In this document: positions 8,001-10,958 of the stretch, piece by piece
Numbering within the stretch: the first letter of the stretch is position 1
Layout: each line of letters begins with the position of its first letter
NCBI GenBank assembly: GCA_045046875.1
Contig: JASFYY010000160.1
Location: 1 to 10,958, forward strand
DNA: 10,958 bases
Source: Verrucomicrobiota bacterium
GTDB lineage: Bacteria > Verrucomicrobiota > Verrucomicrobiia > Verrucomicrobiales > DEV007
Direction: 5' to 3'
Notes under the pieces: generated by a model
The model's database searches: none
Told to the model about the DNA's origin: nothing
The model's input: only the letters and a program-made list of their open reading frames with translations
Program-made: the position numbers and the translations under genes

Positions 8001-8922
8001 GAGGCGTCCGTTTGCCCGCCAATAGTTGGTCGACTTCGTCAGCGACCGCCGTGCCGTGTTTATCAACCATAACCGAACCGCTCGATGCCCCCCGGTTTTT
8101 AGGATTGGCATCGCCCCCACTGCCGATCGAAACCAGCGCGATACTGCCCGGATGACGTTTTTCAATCGTGCGCGCCGCCACCCCTGCCCAGTCACCGTGG
8201 ATCTTGTTGAACTTTCCCCCGTAAGTGGTGCAATGGCAGGCGTAATTAACCATAACCGCCCTCAACGCTCCATCGGGTTTTGTCACCACGATGACAGGCA
8301 AAGAGTGGTCAACCGGCCCCTTCGGATTCGGACGCATCCCCATCCATTTGCCATCGACAATACGTCGCCGATTGACCGCAAAATCGATTTTTCCCTGACT
8401 CCATGAAACATAAGCAGGTTCACGAGCCGCCAATGCTTCCAGCGCCACCTGCTCCAAACGAAGCAAAAGTTGCTCCGTATAAGCCGTGATTCTAGCCATT
8501 TGATCATCAGGCAGAAATTCAGAAAAGTGAGTTTCATTCAAAAACCCGGCTACACTGGGCCCGGTATGGGTGTGGGTGGCACAGACGGTTATTCGCGAGC
8601 GTTCGATCCCTGCTTTTTTGTGCAACGTTTTTGCCAGTTTGTCGACCAGATAAGCCGGTATCCCTATCAACTCGGTGGTAATCAAAATCGAAGGCCCGTC
8701 TTTGTCATCTCCAAAGGCAAGTGCCGATGCCTTCAACCTGCCGGCTACACCAACCGATTCCACCTTGCGGGTGGCGTAACCGCAAAGACGAATGGGACCA
8801 GCGGGAGTAATGTCAACTTGCGCCACACCAACGGACATCAGCTTGCCCGAATCATTGCCAGCGAACGCCATCGTCGCAGTGCAGCAAAGCACCAGAAAAA
8901 AGAGGGGTATTTGTTTATTCAT
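5011..8922 (-). CDS. Multidomain secreted protein: neutral/alkaline ceramidase-like metallohydrolase + PVC-type dehydrogenase-like beta-propeller + HEAT-like repeats + C-terminal class I cytochrome c
   Basis: Signal peptide MNKQIPLFFLVLCCTATMAFA from the ATG at 8922, overlapping the upstream stop as ATGAATAA. Ceramidase-like part (~8850-7540): VGVAQVDITP, ATHTHTGP (8557-8580), VNRR, YACHCT, GDWAG, GEVVIDY, YAND..GYI, GGYE. Propeller (~7480-6320): SFRLPPGFRIEAVATEPLVEDPV, WDAKGRLWVVEMRGY, EDEDGDG.MD, GLDNW, RFRPV...GPDGCLYIVD, GRIYRI. HEAT-like part: LNHANGWWRDTAQRLLVE, LHALWTLEGL. Cytochrome c: CIACH (5374-5388), APPL, and a distal MPG Met ligand. Confidence 0.9.
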   Translation of the reverse strand: MNKQIPLFFLVLCCTATMAFAGNDSGKLMSVGVAQVDITPAGPIRLCGYATRKVESVGVAGRLKASALAFGDDKDGPSILITTELIGIPAYLVDKLAKTLHKKAGIERSRITVCATHTHTGPSVAGFLNETHFSEFLPDDQMARITAYTEQLLLRLEQVALEALAAREPAYVSWSQGKIDFAVNRRRIVDGKWMGMRPNPKGPVDHSLPVIVVTKPDGALRAVMVNYACHCTTYGGKFNKIHGDWAGVAARTIEKRHPGSIALVSIGSGGDANPKNRGASSGSVMVDKHGTAVADEVDQLLAGKRTPLNVLPQTRLNSIKLAFEHVPDRKELTERLKDNKRRAFHAQLMLDRLDRGEKIPQSFDYPIQTWAFGEDLAMVFLAGEVVIDYTLRLKRELDQSKLWVSAYANDAPGYIASKRLIREGGYEVDDSMDNYDKPSRLAMEVEDQIISTVKKMLPKSFIERRKIRSDVAQDFWRDMNLPPAPIFSPQEAIASFRLPPGFRIEAVATEPLVEDPVTCAWDAKGRLWVVEMRGYMHNLEGDDENEPTGSVVVLEDEDGDGIMDKRTVFLDHLVMPRAIAFVEGGVLIGAPPTLWYCRDTDDDLVCDEKTSVYESYGQRDAASRTASGLLRGLDNWMVNTRLPERFQFRDGKLITAPDAYRGDFGVTQDDYGRIFANVNASWLHADFIPFRYMVRQPNLFSPSGIYERVVANQEVHTIRLNPGVVAGNTEGMLREDGRLARTTAATSPGIYRGDRYPAEFYGNAFVPEPAGNVVGRFTLKEKGTRLEAVHKLTPDPDWGEREFLVSSDERFRPVQATTGPDGCLYIVDFYRGVIEYKLFMNKFLGEQIIERKLNTPVGLGRIYRIVHEDTLPGALPDLEGASVEELVKTLNHANGWWRDTAQRLLVERGGEAAVEALRKLASDGGNPLGRLHALWTLEGLKATEMETLMAAMSDTNPKVRAAAVRIGESQIKDAGYLSKLLKSGEDSDPWVQLQTLLSLGEVHEDERALRMMAQIFLGNAEDPHFRHAAISGIAGRELAFLEVLRDLPGFGKRPMGGRGVFLSELATVIFRQRRPEKVEQLLAVIAGEDNPGIQVNLLQGVLRASKKGRAFLLEREPPSLVKLRSSGSPEVLEAAARVEHLVTWPGDKSNKASRAKVRPLSKLEQAQFELGRSQYQGLCIACHQIHGRGMASMAPPLVNSPWVVGSEERLIRIILQGIYGPLLVNRTEWNLVMPGQKDNPALTDKNIAAILTYIRREWDNGAGVVSADTVTQVRAATSDRALPWTAEELDAAMAQVKEDVPKK

Positions 8923-10498
8923 TTTTAGTATTTTTTTCTGACTCACCCGACCTTTCCGGAGGCAGGGCTATTTTCCAGCCGGCCCGTAGTCTCTTCGTCA
9001 GTTTCTTGATCAATTCACGATTTTCGGGGAGATTAGCCACGTTCTGGTTTTCCTCGGAATCATTCTGGTGATCATATAATTCAACCACTCTGAAGTCGCC
9101 TTTCGAATTCGTCCATTCGGTGAACCGGTATCGTTCCGTTTTCATCGAACGCCCCATTACCCGGCCCTTGCCGGAAACGTTTCTTGGATAAAGACTGAAC
9201 GCCGCTGTTTTCCAAGGGCGTTCAGGATCATTCAGTAGCGGCTTGAAACTCAATCCCTCGAGGCTTTCAGGCAAGGGCAACTCGCACAACTCAGCCAGAG
9301 TAGGATAAATATCGACCAGCTCAACCAGCGCATCAGTCCTCGCTCCTTTGACTTTTTGATTAGGACTGGAAATAATCAGCGGCACCCGGGTAGATAATTC
9401 GAAATTGGTCTGCTTGCACCAGATCCCGTTTTCACCCAAATGATAACCATGATCTCCCCAGAGTATGACGATCGTATTATCACGTAAATTAAGTCGATCC
9501 AGTTCATCCAACAATCGCCCCACCTGCGCATCAATAAAACTGACACAAGCATAATACGCACGATACAACTCCCTTGCTTCCTCTTCCCCGGCCACCGGCC
9601 CCTTCTTCGGTATGCCATGATAAACCCTCATCTCCCGCGAGTTAATACCGGCAAATTTTGGAGCTCCTTTTGGGAAATAAGGATTAGGAACCGAGCTGAT
9701 TTTATCCAGCGGATACATATCGAAGTACCTCTTTGGCGCCACAAACGGCACATGAGGTTTCAAAAAACCAACGGCAAGAAAAAATGGCTCGTCCTTCTTC
9801 TCATTTAGAATCTCGATAGCACGAGTGGTGATTTGTGCGTCGCTGACGGACTCGTCCGGGACATCCGGCGATTCGCGGGGCAACCCGCGAATGACCGCAT
9901 CTTTCCATGTTTGCGATTCGAGACGCGGATAGCGTTTCAATAAGCTTTTACGATTCGAGTTAAACCATTTTTCAGCGATCTGCATTCCCTCCGGGGTGTG
10001 ATAATAATGCAACTGCGGAAGCCAGCCTGGCACCGACCATGATGGCTCATCATCAAGCGAGTCATCCCCCAGTGAATACGATTTAACCGAATGATAAATT
10101 TTGCCGACCGCCTGGGAATGATAACCATGATGACGAAACAATTGCGGCAAAGTAACCACATCTGGAACCGTATCCCGGAAATCCGTCTTCAAGTCGAACA
10201 CTCTGGTCGTCTCCGGCCGGAGGCCTGTCATCAACGATGTGCGGGACGGGCTGCATACCGCTTGTTGACAATAGGCCCGATTAAAAACCAATCCCTGTTT
10301 TGCCAGTCGATCGATATGGGGGGTGATGGCTACAGGATCACCATAACAGCCTAAACTGGGTCGCAAATCATCCGCAGAGATGAACAAAACATTCAGTGGC
10401 TTCTCCTTCTCAGCCTTCGCCGATAATGGTAATGCCTGCACCAGCAGGGCACTGAACAATCCAGCTATCAACACAGGGGAGAGGGGCATACGTTTCAT
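8915..10498 (-). CDS. Formylglycine-dependent (S1) sulfatase, iduronate-2-sulfatase/choline-sulfatase-like, secreted
   Basis: Signal peptide ending ...LPLSAKA. Motifs present: NVLFISADDLRP.LGCYG, AYCQQAVCSPSRTSLMTG (CSPSR 10241-10255), GKIYH, PFFLAVGFLKPHVPF, WGDHGYHLGE..WCKQTNFELSTRVPLII, VELVDIYPTLAEL and ELYDH..D.EE..N. This pattern is typical of the IDS-like subgroup. Confidence 0.95.
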   Translation of the reverse strand: MKRMPLSPVLIAGLFSALLVQALPLSAKAEKEKPLNVLFISADDLRPSLGCYGDPVAITPHIDRLAKQGLVFNRAYCQQAVCSPSRTSLMTGLRPETTRVFDLKTDFRDTVPDVVTLPQLFRHHGYHSQAVGKIYHSVKSYSLGDDSLDDEPSWSVPGWLPQLHYYHTPEGMQIAEKWFNSNRKSLLKRYPRLESQTWKDAVIRGLPRESPDVPDESVSDAQITTRAIEILNEKKDEPFFLAVGFLKPHVPFVAPKRYFDMYPLDKISSVPNPYFPKGAPKFAGINSREMRVYHGIPKKGPVAGEEEARELYRAYYACVSFIDAQVGRLLDELDRLNLRDNTIVILWGDHGYHLGENGIWCKQTNFELSTRVPLIISSPNQKVKGARTDALVELVDIYPTLAELCELPLPESLEGLSFKPLLNDPERPWKTAAFSLYPRNVSGKGRVMGRSMKTERYRFTEWTNSKGDFRVVELYDHQNDSEENQNVANLPENRELIKKLTKRLRAGWKIALPPERSGESEKNTKNE

Positions 10499-10513
10499 CG
10501 GTTCAACACTATG

Positions 10514-10522
10514 AGTCTAGCA
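10514..10522 (-). promoter_or_regulatory. Candidate extended -10 promoter element (TGnTAGACT) for the sulfatase operon
   Basis: The minus strand reads ...TATATTGCA-TGC-TAGACT-CATAGTGTTGAACCG-ATG, matching TGnTAnnnT 15 nt before the start codon. There is no convincing -35, and an alternative -10 (TATATT) lies just upstream. Confidence 0.3.
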
Positions 10523-10548
10523 TGCAATATACCTCATCAGGCTTACAG

Positions 10549-10573
10549 TATTTCATAAAAATTTTATAAAATA
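10549..10573. promoter_or_regulatory. AT-rich 25-bp inverted repeat, candidate transcription-factor operator or UP element
   Basis: TATTTCATAAAA-A-TTTTATAAAATA has 12-bp arms with 11/12 complementarity and sits 51-75 nt upstream of the first sulfatase start. Confidence 0.4.
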
Positions 10574-10709
10574 TAACAGGTGCCCCGTTAACCGGGGATG
10601 AACTCGACTTGAGGTCATGTAACATATAGGTTCCGGGCATTTTCACCGTGTGCCGCATTTGAGCACTAGTGAAATTCCCCCTTTACCCTCTAGTCATGGA
10701 TCTACTAGC

Positions 10710-10940
10710 TTAATAGTTACACTTTTTACCCCCCTGCTGATCCCTCCTGTATTCCTCAGCCTGTTTCGCATACTGCCTCCATGCCCCCACCGCACAAGCT
10801 ATCATTGCGATCTCAAGCAGCGCAAAAGTTAACACCCATACAGTTCTAATATTGATACTTGCCAACAAAACAAACGCCACCGCATTGAGCGCAACCGCTA
10901 TCGTTATATGCCAAGCTCCCTTTGCACTCGGTTTTTTCAT
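10710..10940 (-). CDS. Small hypothetical membrane protein (two predicted TM helices)
   Basis: Two hydrophobic stretches (WHITIAVALNAVAFVLLASINI and VWVLTFALLEIAMIACAVGAW) are flanked by basic residues and followed by a charged tail. The ATG at 10940 has GAGGG 7 nt upstream. The frame is open to the window edge (ATG at 10958), so the gene could be longer. Confidence 0.6.
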   Translation of the reverse strand: MKKPSAKGAWHITIAVALNAVAFVLLASINIRTVWVLTFALLEIAMIACAVGAWRQYAKQAEEYRRDQQGGKKCNY

Positions 10941-10958
10941 ACTCTTACCCTCATTCAT

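Noticed and set aside
7540..8850. Calling the N-terminal domain a true ceramidase, or giving the sulfatases gene symbols (ids, betC, atsA)
   Set aside because: The motifs support fold or family only. These families are highly paralogous in PVC bacteria, and substrate cannot be read from sequence by eye.
8923..8946. Track start at 8946 for the fusion protein
   Set aside because: It is a non-ATG start deeper inside the upstream gene. The ATG at 8922 gives a typical signal peptide and a short coupling overlap.
10583..10597. CCCCG-TTAAC-CGGGG hairpin as a terminator for the small membrane gene
   Set aside because: The stem is only 5 bp and no U-tract follows immediately on the minus strand. It is possible but unsupported.
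10683..10958. Imperfect direct repeat TTACCCTC(TAG/AT)TCAT flanking the small ORF, considered as a target-site duplication or cassette boundary
   Set aside because: Only 8 nt match exactly, one copy is the RBS, and no attC structure, transposase or integrase is in view.
1..10958. CRISPR array, tRNA/rRNA, IS element, defence or phage genes
   Set aside because: No regularly spaced repeats, RNA-gene signatures, terminal inverted repeats or relevant protein motifs were seen. The window is almost fully coding.

Overview
The window holds a co-directional minus-strand cluster of predicted secreted enzymes. The gene content suggests a PVC-superphylum bacterium (Verrucomicrobia, Planctomycetes or Lentisphaerae), which is an inference. 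In transcription order (right to left) the genes are: a small two-helix membrane protein; an AT-rich promoter/operator region; an iduronate-2-sulfatase-like sulfatase; a ~1300 aa fusion of a neutral-ceramidase-like metallohydrolase, a PVC-type dehydrogenase beta-propeller, HEAT-like repeats and a cytochrome c; a sialate O-acetylesterase-family (SASA) esterase; two arylsulfatase-like sulfatases; and the 5' end of a PEP-hydrolase-like TIM-barrel gene that the ORF track missed. The main points of interest are the hydrolase-oxidoreductase-heme fusion with an apparently divergent propeller, a sulfatase altered at both catalytic-His motifs, and candidate shared regulatory motifs. No RNA genes, CRISPR arrays or mobile elements were recognised. 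Family calls come from motif recognition by eye, not from database searches.
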